From the NCBI GenBank assembly GCA_036263775.1, contig DATATA010000074.1:6782-70781 (forward strand): a stretch of 64,000 nucleotides of DNA, read 5' to 3'. This stretch comes from Steroidobacteraceae bacterium (GTDB lineage: Bacteria > Pseudomonadota > Gammaproteobacteria > Steroidobacterales > Steroidobacteraceae). Each line of letters starts with the position of its first letter. Positions within the stretch are counted from its first letter, which is position 1. The notes under the pieces are model-generated. The model was given only the letters and a program-made list of their open reading frames with translations, searched no databases and was not told where the DNA came from. Below are positions 21,094-29,910 of this stretch, in pieces. The position numbers were made by a program, and so were the translations under genes.

Positions 21094-22415
21094 TTCGACT
21101 TTCGCTGATGATGATGTCGTTGTTGACCGCGAGCGGCACGGCGGCCGCCGCCATGGCCGACCTGGCGCACCGCTCGAGGCCCGCGGGAATCGATCTGATC
21201 ACCTATCACAGCAACGTGAAAGATGTCGTCATTGTCCTCGGTGTTTTGCCGGCCGGCGATGCCATGGCGGAAGCGGGCAACATCGCGATTCCCACGCTGT
21301 CGGGAATGATGCTCGATCGCGGCACCAAGGCGCTCGATAAGTTCGCGATCTCGGATAAATTGGACAATGTGGGCGCTGAGATCGGCTTTCAGGTCGGCGA
21401 GCAGTCGCTGGAGATCCGCGCGAAGTGCCTGAAAAAGGACCTGCCCTTGATCATCGAAACGATTGCAGCGGAATTGCGCACCCCCGCGCTGTTGGCGGGT
21501 GAGTTCAACAAAGCCAAGCAGCAATTTGTCGGTGAGCTCCAGGCATCCGCACAGAACAGCGGCGCACTGGCATCCGAAGCGTTCGGCCGGGCGGTGTTTC
21601 CGCAGGGCCATCCGAATCGCCCTCATACGCTCAAGGAATACATAGCGGCGGCCAAGAGTGCGAGCCTCGAGGAACTCAAGGCCTTTCAGGCCAAATACAA
21701 TGGCCCGGCGCACATGACGATGGTGATAGCCGGCGATGTCTCCGATGCGGACGCTCAGTCTGAAATAGGCAAGGCGTTCTCAGGCTGGTTGGGCGGCCAG
21801 GATTACTTGCGGCCTGCAAAGCCCGCGGTGGCGGCCGCAGCCGCCGAATTTACCGTGCCGCTCGCGGATAAGCCCAGCGTGACCATGCTCCTGGGTCAAG
21901 CGAGCGGACTGCGCTACAGCGATGCCGACAGCTTGCCGCTGCGCCTCGGCACGGCAATTCTCGGACGCGGCTTCACCGGCCGACTCATGGGCACGGTGCG
22001 CGACAAGGAAGGTTTGACCTACAACATCGGCGCCAGCATGGGCGATGACAGCATCGCCGACGGCGTATGGGAAATCTCCGCGAGCTTCGCGCCCGCCCTT
22101 TTGAACAAAGGCGTCGAATCGACGCGCCGCGAGGTGGCCAAATGGTGGAAGGATGGGGTCACCGAGCAAGAATTGGCAGTGCGTAAGCAGGGTGTGATCG
22201 GCAGCTACTATGTGAGCTTATCGACGACGCTGGGCCTCGCGGAAACCATTCTGGTCAATACTCAACGCGGTTACGACCTTGGCTGGCTCGACGGCTATCC
22301 GAAGGCGCTGAAAGCAGTGACGCGCGATGAGGTCGATGCCGCGATCAAAGCGCACATCAATCCGAACACGATGGTGCTCGTGGAAGCAGGCAGCGTGCCG
22401 GCGGCCGCCAAGTAG
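21090..22415 (+). CDS. M16 family peptidase-like partner subunit (no HxxEH motif)
   Basis: A GTG at 21090 overlaps the upstream stop (GTGA). Signal peptide present. M16 fold-like sequence without the zinc motif, and the pairing is typical of the family. Confidence 0.75.
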   Translation: MIRLSLMMMSLLTASGTAAAAMADLAHRSRPAGIDLITYHSNVKDVVIVLGVLPAGDAMAEAGNIAIPTLSGMMLDRGTKALDKFAISDKLDNVGAEIGFQVGEQSLEIRAKCLKKDLPLIIETIAAELRTPALLAGEFNKAKQQFVGELQASAQNSGALASEAFGRAVFPQGHPNRPHTLKEYIAAAKSASLEELKAFQAKYNGPAHMTMVIAGDVSDADAQSEIGKAFSGWLGGQDYLRPAKPAVAAAAAEFTVPLADKPSVTMLLGQASGLRYSDADSLPLRLGTAILGRGFTGRLMGTVRDKEGLTYNIGASMGDDSIADGVWEISASFAPALLNKGVESTRREVAKWWKDGVTEQELAVRKQGVIGSYYVSLSTTLGLAETILVNTQRGYDLGWLDGYPKALKAVTRDEVDAAIKAHINPNTMVLVEAGSVPAAAK

Positions 22416-22456
22416 GCGGCAACCGGCGACACAACCAGCGACATTCGGACGGGCTG

Positions 22457-25400
22457 CTACGCGGCCTTGGCCGGCGCGGCAAGCTGACGCAACACATATT
22501 GCAGTATTCCGCCGTGCTGGTAGTAGTCCAGTTCCTTCGGTGTATCGATGCGCAAGCGCGCTTGAAACTCGATGGATATGCCGTCATCGCCTTTTGCGAT
22601 GACTCTGACCACCTTCGCCGCGCCCCGGTTCAGGCCGGCGATCTCGAAAGTCTCCTTGCCCGAAAGCCCTAGGCTCTGCGTGCTCTGACCTTCCTTGTAT
22701 TGCAGCGGCAGCACGCCCATGCCGATCAGATTGGAGCGGTGAATGCGCTCGAAGCTCTCGGCGATGACAGCCTTGACGCCCAACAGCATCGTGCCCTTGG
22801 CCGCCCAATCGCGCGAACTGCCCGTGCCATATTCCTTGCCGGCGAGAATCACCAGCGGCGTTTTCGCCTCTTGGTACTTGACCGAGGCGTCGAAAATCGA
22901 CATTTGCTCGCCGCTGGGAATGTGCAGCGTGACGCCACCCTCGGTGCCGGGTAACAACAGATTGCGCAATCGGATGTTGGCGAACGTGCCGCGCATCATG
23001 ACTTCGTGATTGCCGCGGCGCGCGCCGTAGGAATTGAAATCCGCCGCTTGCACGCCTTGCGCCATGAGGTACTTGGCAGCCGGACTGGATTTCGAAATGT
23101 TGCCGGCGGGGGAAATGTGGTCGGTCGTGACCGAATCACCCAACACTGCGAGCGCGCGTGCTCCTTTGATGTCGCCCATCGGGGCCGGCGTCATGGTCAT
23201 GCCCTCGAAGTAGGGCGGATTTTTCACGTAGGTGGATTTTCCGTCCCACGAGTAGATTTTTCCGGCCGGCGTCTTGATCGCCGCCCAATTCGTGTCGCCC
23301 AAAAACACATTGGCGTAGCCTTTCTTGAACATGGCCGAATCGACCGATGAAGCGACCGCGGCGGCGACATCTTGGGCGCTCGGCCAGATGTCCTTAAGAT
23401 ATACCGGCTTGCCGTCCTTGCCCGTTCCCAAGGGCTCGGTGGTGATATCGATGTCCAGGCTTCCTGCCAGGGCATAGGCGACAACCAGCGGCGGCGAAGC
23501 CAGAAAATTCATCTTGATTTCCGGATGCACGCGGCCTTCGAAATTGCGATTACCGGATAACACCGAACAGGCGACAACATCGCCCACTTTTACAGCCTCG
23601 GAGATTTCGGGCTTGAGGGGTCCTGAGTTTCCGATGCAATTGTGTACGGCCACGTTGCCGGCTAAAAAAGCCTGTACCTGGGGCACGGCAATGTCGAACA
23701 CCCGCCGGCGTCCTGCGCCGCGGCGGTCGATGACGCGCAAGCTCAAGGCCGGGAGAGTGAGGGACTCCTTGTCGACAAAGTAGCGACTCGCACGATCAAG
23801 CGATTGACCCACTCGCAATGCGCCGAACCAGTGGCTTACCCCGAGCTGCTCAAAGAGTTGTGCAGGCGAGGGGAACTCCGGTGTCTCGACCTCGGCGAGT
23901 TCGGCTGCGGCAATCGATCGCGATCGGGCGAAGGTCCGTTGGACCGGGAGGCGGTACATGCGATCGAGTCGGTCGGCCATCCCTAGCCGCTGACGGTTGA
24001 TGGTTGCGAGCATACGCCAATACACGGCAGCCGCACTCGCTCGCAGATTCTTGTCGATACAGTAGCGATAGCCGACCCGCTCAACAAAAGAAAGCCCGTC
24101 GGGCAGCTCTAAACGGATTTCCCGTCGAGCGATCCCGTCCTGCGCGCTCGGATAAGCGGAGGCCGAGCGAGGCGTGGGATATTCGCGGACCGCGGCACCA
24201 GAGACCTCGACCCCGCAACGGGAGAGCAGCTGGATGATCCTGTCCATCTTCTGTCTGGTTGAATCGACGAACTCGGGTTTGGCGCTTTGCGAGTACCTGG
24301 GCGGCTCCAGGCTCGCATGAGCCGCGGTCTTGCCATAGCGGTGCAGGATAGGAGCATGTCCGTCTGCACCGAAGATACCGCCCAGGAATTCGCGCACCAC
24401 CGAGACCGGGCAGGTTGATTTCAACAGGAATTCGGGCAGGAACGCGGGCTGTTCGATGCGCCGGCCGACATGGACACCTCGGAGCGCCAGCACGCTCTGG
24501 GTCAGCTCGAGCGGCAGCACGATGGACCACTTGCGCTGATCGTAAGCGGTGGCTTTCGGCCGCTTGGCCGTGAGCAGCTCGATATCATTGAGAACCGCTT
24601 CGCGGTCAAATTTTTGCCCCACGTTCATCCGCGCCTGCCCGGCGCAACTGATCGACCCGTCGCCAAGTAAATGGCCCAGCAGACGCGCGAACGCGAGGGT
24701 GCAGCGACGTTCGTTGTCGCTCGCCATGGTAAAGGTCCGAGGTCCCGCCTGCAGCTCGTAGCCCGACTCATCGTCACCAGGATCATCGAGCGGAGCCTCC
24801 GGTCCTATCAGAACGCGATCATTGTTTAGAACGAGCTCGTCGGCCCGAACCCAGCGTCCATCCGCGCATAACACACGATGATCGGGCGTGAGCGTGAGAG
24901 CGCGGCCGTCCTCGAGCACGATCGACAGGCAGTCGCGCTCGCCCTGATCCATGCGCTCGGTCTGCATCGCCATCTGCAGCTCGCCTTCAGCGAGGGGCGC
25001 AAGCACTCGCAGCCCTCCGGCCGCGGCCATCGATTCGATGCGGCGGGCGGTGCCATCCGCCAGCGTTACGGGAGTGCCATCGGCGATGCACGTAGTACAG
25101 CCATAGCCCACCGTGTAAAACCCCAGCCGTTCCAAATCGCTCAACAGACCCGCTTTGGCTAGGTAGTCCGTCACCACACGCGACCCTGGAGCCAGCGAAG
25201 TTTTCACCCACGGTTTCGCGCTCAAGCCTTTTTCGAGCGCACTGCGCGCCAGCAGACCCGCGGCCACGAGGACGGCGGGGTTGGAAGTATTGGTGCAACT
25301 CGTGATGGCGGCGATGAGCACCGCGCCATCTTTGACGTCGAAACTGGCGTTGCCGACCGTGGCCGGCGCGCTGCCCGCGGCCTGGGGGTTTTTCTGGGTG

Positions 25401-26602
25401 CGTTCCTCCGCCATTTTCTTCACGCTGCTCCGATAGACGCTCTTCGCCTTTGTCAAGGGCACCCGGTCCTGCGGACGTTTGGGTCCGGCCAGAGACGGTT
25501 CTACCTTCGACAGGTCCAATTCGACCACATCGGTGTAATCCGCGGCCGGCGCGCCGTTGATGCGCCACAGGCCCTGCGCCTTGGCGTAAGCCTCGACAAG
25601 GGAGATCTGCTCGGCCGATCGGCCGGTCAATTCCAGATAGCGGATCGTTTCCTCGTCGATGGGGAAAATTGCACAGGTCGAGCCGAACTCCGGCGACATA
25701 TTGGCAATGGTCGCGCGATCGGCGAGAGGCAATCCTTTGAGCCCATCGCCGAAGAATTCCACGAATTTGTCGACGACGCCTTTTTTGCGCAGCATCTCCG
25801 TCACCATCAGCACCAGGTCGGTCGCCGTGGTGCCGGGCGGCAATGCGCCCGTCAGCTTGAAGCCAATGACTTGCGGTATCAACATGGTGACCGGCTGCCC
25901 CAACATGGCCGCCTCGGCTTCGATTCCGCCGACGCCCCAGCCGAGAACTCCCAAGCTGTTCACCATGGTGGTGTGCGAATCGGTGCCCACCAGCGTATCC
26001 GGGTACGCGGTTTTTTTGCCGCCGGCATCATCGGAGAAGATCACGCGCGCGAGGCGCTCGATGTTGACCTGGTGCACGATGCCGGTATTCGGCGGCACGA
26101 CCTTGAAGTTGCTGAACGCAGTCTGGCCCCAGCGCAGGAACATGTAGCGTTCGCCGTTGCGCTTGAACTCGATTTCGTTGTTGTGCTGCAGTGAACTAGC
26201 GGCACCATACTCATCGACCTGCACCGAGTGATCGATCACCAGTTCGGCCGGAGCCAGCGGGTTGACCTTCTGCGGATCGCCTCCCAGCTTCACGATCGCC
26301 TCGCGCATCGCGGCAAGATCCACGATGCATGGAACACCGGTGAAATCCTGCATGATGACCCGGGCGGGGGTGAACGCGATCTCATGGCTCGGAAGCGCCT
26401 TCGAGTCCCACTTCAGCAGCGCTTCGATGTCGTCCTTCGTCACGTTGACGCCGTCTTCGAATCGCAGCAAATTCTCCAATAGGATCTTGAGCGAGAAGGG
26501 CAGGCGCTCGACGTTGAGCGAATTCAGGGCCGCAAGGCTCAAAATGTCGTACTGCTGCGCGCCGACTTTGAGCGTCGTTCGTGCCTTGAAGCTGTCTGTC
26601 AT
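22457..26602 (-). CDS. acnA: Aconitate hydratase A interrupted in frame by a 484-aa intein (precursor 1381 aa; predicted spliced enzyme 897 aa)
   Basis: The N-extein (aa 1-504) and C-extein (aa 989-1381) are collinear with AcnA: LPFSLKILLENLLR, VGTDSHT, ITSCTNTS, GYGCTT|CIGNSGPL, SGNRNFEGR, GSSRDWAAKG. Total extein length of 897 aa is typical for AcnA. Confidence 0.93.
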   Translation of the reverse strand: MTDSFKARTTLKVGAQQYDILSLAALNSLNVERLPFSLKILLENLLRFEDGVNVTKDDIEALLKWDSKALPSHEIAFTPARVIMQDFTGVPCIVDLAAMREAIVKLGGDPQKVNPLAPAELVIDHSVQVDEYGAASSLQHNNEIEFKRNGERYMFLRWGQTAFSNFKVVPPNTGIVHQVNIERLARVIFSDDAGGKKTAYPDTLVGTDSHTTMVNSLGVLGWGVGGIEAEAAMLGQPVTMLIPQVIGFKLTGALPPGTTATDLVLMVTEMLRKKGVVDKFVEFFGDGLKGLPLADRATIANMSPEFGSTCAIFPIDEETIRYLELTGRSAEQISLVEAYAKAQGLWRINGAPAADYTDVVELDLSKVEPSLAGPKRPQDRVPLTKAKSVYRSSVKKMAEERTQKNPQAAGSAPATVGNASFDVKDGAVLIAAITSCTNTSNPAVLVAAGLLARSALEKGLSAKPWVKTSLAPGSRVVTDYLAKAGLLSDLERLGFYTVGYGCTTCIADGTPVTLADGTARRIESMAAAGGLRVLAPLAEGELQMAMQTERMDQGERDCLSIVLEDGRALTLTPDHRVLCADGRWVRADELVLNNDRVLIGPEAPLDDPGDDESGYELQAGPRTFTMASDNERRCTLAFARLLGHLLGDGSISCAGQARMNVGQKFDREAVLNDIELLTAKRPKATAYDQRKWSIVLPLELTQSVLALRGVHVGRRIEQPAFLPEFLLKSTCPVSVVREFLGGIFGADGHAPILHRYGKTAAHASLEPPRYSQSAKPEFVDSTRQKMDRIIQLLSRCGVEVSGAAVREYPTPRSASAYPSAQDGIARREIRLELPDGLSFVERVGYRYCIDKNLRASAAAVYWRMLATINRQRLGMADRLDRMYRLPVQRTFARSRSIAAAELAEVETPEFPSPAQLFEQLGVSHWFGALRVGQSLDRASRYFVDKESLTLPALSLRVIDRRGAGRRRVFDIAVPQVQAFLAGNVAVHNCIGNSGPLKPEISEAVKVGDVVACSVLSGNRNFEGRVHPEIKMNFLASPPLVVAYALAGSLDIDITTEPLGTGKDGKPVYLKDIWPSAQDVAAAVASSVDSAMFKKGYANVFLGDTNWAAIKTPAGKIYSWDGKSTYVKNPPYFEGMTMTPAPMGDIKGARALAVLGDSVTTDHISPAGNISKSSPAAKYLMAQGVQAADFNSYGARRGNHEVMMRGTFANIRLRNLLLPGTEGGVTLHIPSGEQMSIFDASVKYQEAKTPLVILAGKEYGTGSSRDWAAKGTMLLGVKAVIAESFERIHRSNLIGMGVLPLQYKEGQSTQSLGLSGKETFEIAGLNRGAAKVVRVIAKGDDGISIEFQARLRIDTPKELDYYQHGGILQYVLRQLAAPAKAA
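23639..25090 (-). mobile_element. Intein with embedded LAGLIDADG homing-endonuclease domain, in frame inside acnA
   Basis: Block A CIADGTPVTLADG (Cys1). Block B LTLTPDHRVL (TxxH). LAGLIDADG motif 1 RLLGHLLGDGS (24653..24685) and motif 2 FLGGIFGADGH (24356..24388). Blocks F/G RRVFDIAVPQVQAFLAGNVAVHN, followed by the +1 Cys. Removing exactly 1452 nt restores the conserved GCTTCIGNSG. Confidence 0.9.
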
Positions 26603-27771
26603 GGCCCCTCCACCGAAAAAAGAGAATTATATGGGATTCCTCGCGCCTCCGGCGCGAGCTCGAAATTGAAACGCCGCGCAATGATGCCGCCGCCAAGGCA
26701 ACGCTCGCCGTCGTAGAAAACGGCGTACTGGCCGGGCGTGACCGCACGCGCAGGGTGTTCGAGCGTCACGCGCCAGGACGCGGCGCCGCTCGAGCGCAGC
26801 GAGCAGGATAGATCGTTCTGCCGATAGCGGGTCTTGACCGCACAATCGATCGCATGCGCCGGTGCGTCCGCAGGATCGATCCAGTGCATCTGCTCGACGC
26901 TGAACTCGTCGGACAAAAGCAACGGATGGTATTGGTCCTGGACCACGACGAGCGCATTGCGTTCGATGATCTTGGCCGCCACATACCACGGCGCTGCGGC
27001 GGCTCCGGCCCGGCCGCCGATTTTAAGGCCGGAACGCTGACCCAAGGTGTATAGGGCAAGGCCGCGATGCTCGCCAAGGACTCGCCCCTCGGGGGTCTCG
27101 ATCGGTCCCGGCGTGGTATGAAGATGCCGGCTCAAGAAATCTTGGAACGGCCGCTCGCCGATGAAGCAGATACCGGTGCTGTCCGGCTTGTCGAATACCG
27201 GCAGCCCTGCGGCATGCGCGATTCGACGCACCTCCGCCTTGCGCATGCCTCCCAACGGGAAGAGTGTCTTCGACAACGCGGAGGCTGCAACCCCATGCAG
27301 GAAATAGCTCTGATCTTTGGCGGTATCGGCCGCTTTCAGCAACTCGATATGCGAACCGGCGCGGCGAATCCGTGCATAGTGGCCGGTTGCCATCCAGGCC
27401 GCGCCCAGACGTTGCATGTACGAAAGGCAAATGCCGAACTTGATCTCTCGATTGCACAGCACGTCCGGATTGGGGGTGCGGCCCGCGGCATATTCGCGAA
27501 GGAAGTGACTGAATACCCGGTCGCGATACTCGCCGGCAAAACTCACCCGATGCAGCGGGATCTGCAAGGTCTCGCTGACGCGACGCGCGTCCTGGAAATC
27601 CGACGCCGTGGTGCAGTAGCCGTCGTCATCTTCCCAATTGGACATGAACAACGCTTGCACCGAATACCCGGCGTCGCGCAATAAAAGTGCGGCGACGGCC
27701 GAGTCAACGCCGCCCGACATGCCGACGATGACGTGTTGTTTCGACTGGGGATTCGGCAGGGGCTTCTGCAT
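26599..27771 (-). CDS. mnmA: tRNA 2-thiouridine(34) synthase
   Basis: PP-loop VIVGMSGGVDSAV, SNWEDDD, and GHYAR and DQSYFL motifs. The stop overlaps the acnA start (ATGA). Confidence 0.9.
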   Translation of the reverse strand: MQKPLPNPQSKQHVIVGMSGGVDSAVAALLLRDAGYSVQALFMSNWEDDDGYCTTASDFQDARRVSETLQIPLHRVSFAGEYRDRVFSHFLREYAAGRTPNPDVLCNREIKFGICLSYMQRLGAAWMATGHYARIRRAGSHIELLKAADTAKDQSYFLHGVAASALSKTLFPLGGMRKAEVRRIAHAAGLPVFDKPDSTGICFIGERPFQDFLSRHLHTTPGPIETPEGRVLGEHRGLALYTLGQRSGLKIGGRAGAAAAPWYVAAKIIERNALVVVQDQYHPLLLSDEFSVEQMHWIDPADAPAHAIDCAVKTRYRQNDLSCSLRSSGAASWRVTLEHPARAVTPGQYAVFYDGERCLGGGIIARRFNFELAPEARGIPYNSLFSVEGP

Positions 27772-27807
27772 CCGCCCATTATACGGGCAATGCCGGAAGC
27801 GATAGCG

Positions 27808-28452
27808 TTACATGAGCATTTGCCGCATTTGCGATTCTTGCATGCTCGTCTGCCACACTTCATCGAAGAAGTTCAGGTAGCGCCGCACCACGGCCGGATC
27901 GTTCATGTCCGATATTCCATCCCAGCGGTCGGCCTGCAGCCGGTACACAAGTGCTTTGTCGTCGGCGATGATGAAGGCGCCCGCGCTGGCCGGATATTCC
28001 GGGCTCATCGCGCGCAGATCGATGCAGCTGGTCAGGCGGCGAGCCAGCGCGAGGAAGCGGTTGTTGTCGACCATGGCGCGCGACGGGTCGGCGAGCAGCA
28101 CGCGGACTTTGGCGTAGGATCTTGCCAGAACCAGGCGCTTGATGGCCTCGAGGAAGGGCTCCTCGCCGTACACCAAGGGTTCCAGGTCTTGTGTAAAAAT
28201 GGACAACAGACGTTGCGCGGACTTGGCGACTTTTAGACTGGCGTCGCGAACCTCGGGCATCGTGCTCAAGATGGTGCGGGTACCCGAACCCATAGAAACG
28301 TCGCCGCCGGGCGCGGGAACTTTGTCCCCAATCCCCGGTTTTGAGCGTTCTTCTGTGTTACCCGCCATATGCCTGACCCCGACCCCGCGTACTTTGAGCT
28401 TGATATTACCGTTATGGTCGGGCGCCCCCGTGCTAACTACGTCACGTTTCAA
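27808..28452 (-). CDS. Conserved hypothetical protein; start uncertain, with internal Met candidates
   Basis: Open frame between purB and mnmA with plausible composition. No recognisable catalytic motif. Not similar to HflD, although it occupies the position HflD holds in the mnmA-hflD-purB arrangement. Confidence 0.45.
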   Translation of the reverse strand: MKRDVVSTGAPDHNGNIKLKVRGVGVRHMAGNTEERSKPGIGDKVPAPGGDVSMGSGTRTILSTMPEVRDASLKVAKSAQRLLSIFTQDLEPLVYGEEPFLEAIKRLVLARSYAKVRVLLADPSRAMVDNNRFLALARRLTSCIDLRAMSPEYPASAGAFIIADDKALVYRLQADRWDGISDMNDPAVVRRYLNFFDEVWQTSMQESQMRQMLM

Positions 28453-28458
28453 GCAACC

Positions 28459-29835
28459 CTAGGAAGGTATTCGGCGCAGCGCGAGCGCCGCCGCCAAACC
28501 TATATACGCAGACGGCGTAAGGGCCAGCAGGCGAGCCCTTTCTTCGGCCGGCAGCCCTAAGGATGCGATGAATTCATGCATGGCGCGCTCGTCCACCGCG
28601 CGGCCTCGGGTGAAGTTTTTGAGCTTATCGTAGGCATCCGGAATGCCGTGGGCGCGCATCACAGTTTGCACCGCTTCGCCCAACACCTCCCAGGCGCGGT
28701 CCAAATCCAGGCCTATTCGCGCCGAATCCAACCCGAGCTTCTCGAGTCCTGTGTTCAGCGCCTTGTAGGCGAGCACCGAGTGCCCGATGGCGGTGCCGAG
28801 ATTGCGCAGCACCGTCGAGTCGGTCAGATCGCGCTGCAGGCGCGAGATCGGCAGCTTGTCGGCGAAATAGCCGAGCAGCGCGTTTGCGAGCCCGAGATTG
28901 CCCTCTGCGTTCTCGAAATCGATCGGATTGACCTTGTGAGGCATGGTCGAGGAACCGACTTCTCCGGCAACCAGGCGCTGCCTGAAATAGCCCATTGAAA
29001 TGTAGCTCCACATGTCGCGGGAGAAATCCAACAGCACCGTGTTGGCGCGCATCAGGGCGTGGCAGTACTCGGCGATCCAATCGTGCGGTTCGATTTGAGT
29101 GGTGTAGCTATTCAGTTGCAGGCCCAGCGAGCCGACGAATGCGGCGCTGAACGCCGGCCAGTCGACCCGCGGCAGGGCGGCTACGTGCGCATTGAAATTA
29201 CCCACGGCACCGTTCATCTTGCCGAGAATCGCGACCCGTTCGATGCCGCTGCGTTGCGATTCGAGGCGCGCCGCGAAGTTTGCGAATTCCTTTCCCATCG
29301 TGGTCGGCGTCGCTGCCTGGCCGTGCGTGCGCGCCAGCATTCCGGCATCGGCGTGGCGGTGCGCCAACGCGTCCAGCGTGGCGCCGAGGCTGCTGAGCCA
29401 GGGCAGCAGCAGCGTCGCACGGGCGCTCTTCAGCATCATGGCGTAGGCAAGATTGTTGATATCCTCCGATGTGCACGCAAAATGCACCCACTCCAGTGCG
29501 GCGGGAGCGGTGCCGCGCGTTTGCAGTTCCGCGCGCAGCCAATATTCGACCGCCTTGACATCGTGATTGGTGCGCGCCTCGATTTGCTTGATGGCAGCGA
29601 CATCGGCCGCCTCCGGATTCCTGGCCAGCGACGTTAACAGCTCGCGGGCAGCCGCCGGTAAATCAGCCAGCGCGTGGGATGCAGGGCCGGACGCCAGCGC
29701 AAGAAACCAGGCGCACTCCACGCGCACGCGTTCGCGCATCAGGCCCGATTCGCTGAACAGGCGGCGCACCTCGCCGAGCTTGCCGGCATAACGGCCGTCG
29801 AGAGGAGACAGGGCGTCGGTAAAAAAAGTGGACAT
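28459..29835 (-). CDS. purB: Adenylosuccinate lyase
   Basis: LSPLDGRY N-terminus, the fumarate-lyase signature SSTMPHKVNP, and length of ~456 aa. Confidence 0.92.
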   Translation of the reverse strand: MSTFFTDALSPLDGRYAGKLGEVRRLFSESGLMRERVRVECAWFLALASGPASHALADLPAAARELLTSLARNPEAADVAAIKQIEARTNHDVKAVEYWLRAELQTRGTAPAALEWVHFACTSEDINNLAYAMMLKSARATLLLPWLSSLGATLDALAHRHADAGMLARTHGQAATPTTMGKEFANFAARLESQRSGIERVAILGKMNGAVGNFNAHVAALPRVDWPAFSAAFVGSLGLQLNSYTTQIEPHDWIAEYCHALMRANTVLLDFSRDMWSYISMGYFRQRLVAGEVGSSTMPHKVNPIDFENAEGNLGLANALLGYFADKLPISRLQRDLTDSTVLRNLGTAIGHSVLAYKALNTGLEKLGLDSARIGLDLDRAWEVLGEAVQTVMRAHGIPDAYDKLKNFTRGRAVDERAMHEFIASLGLPAEERARLLALTPSAYIGLAAALALRRIPS

Positions 29836-29910
29836 CGGAGCGCCGGCGGCTTGAGTGGTAGAATAGTGGATTCTACCGTAAACAAGCCTGATCCTGCGGA
29901 GTAAGGCGCG

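Noticed and set aside
27808-28452. hflD, by position between mnmA and purB
   Set aside because: The translated sequence shows no recognisable similarity to HflD as I remember it. It is left as hypothetical.
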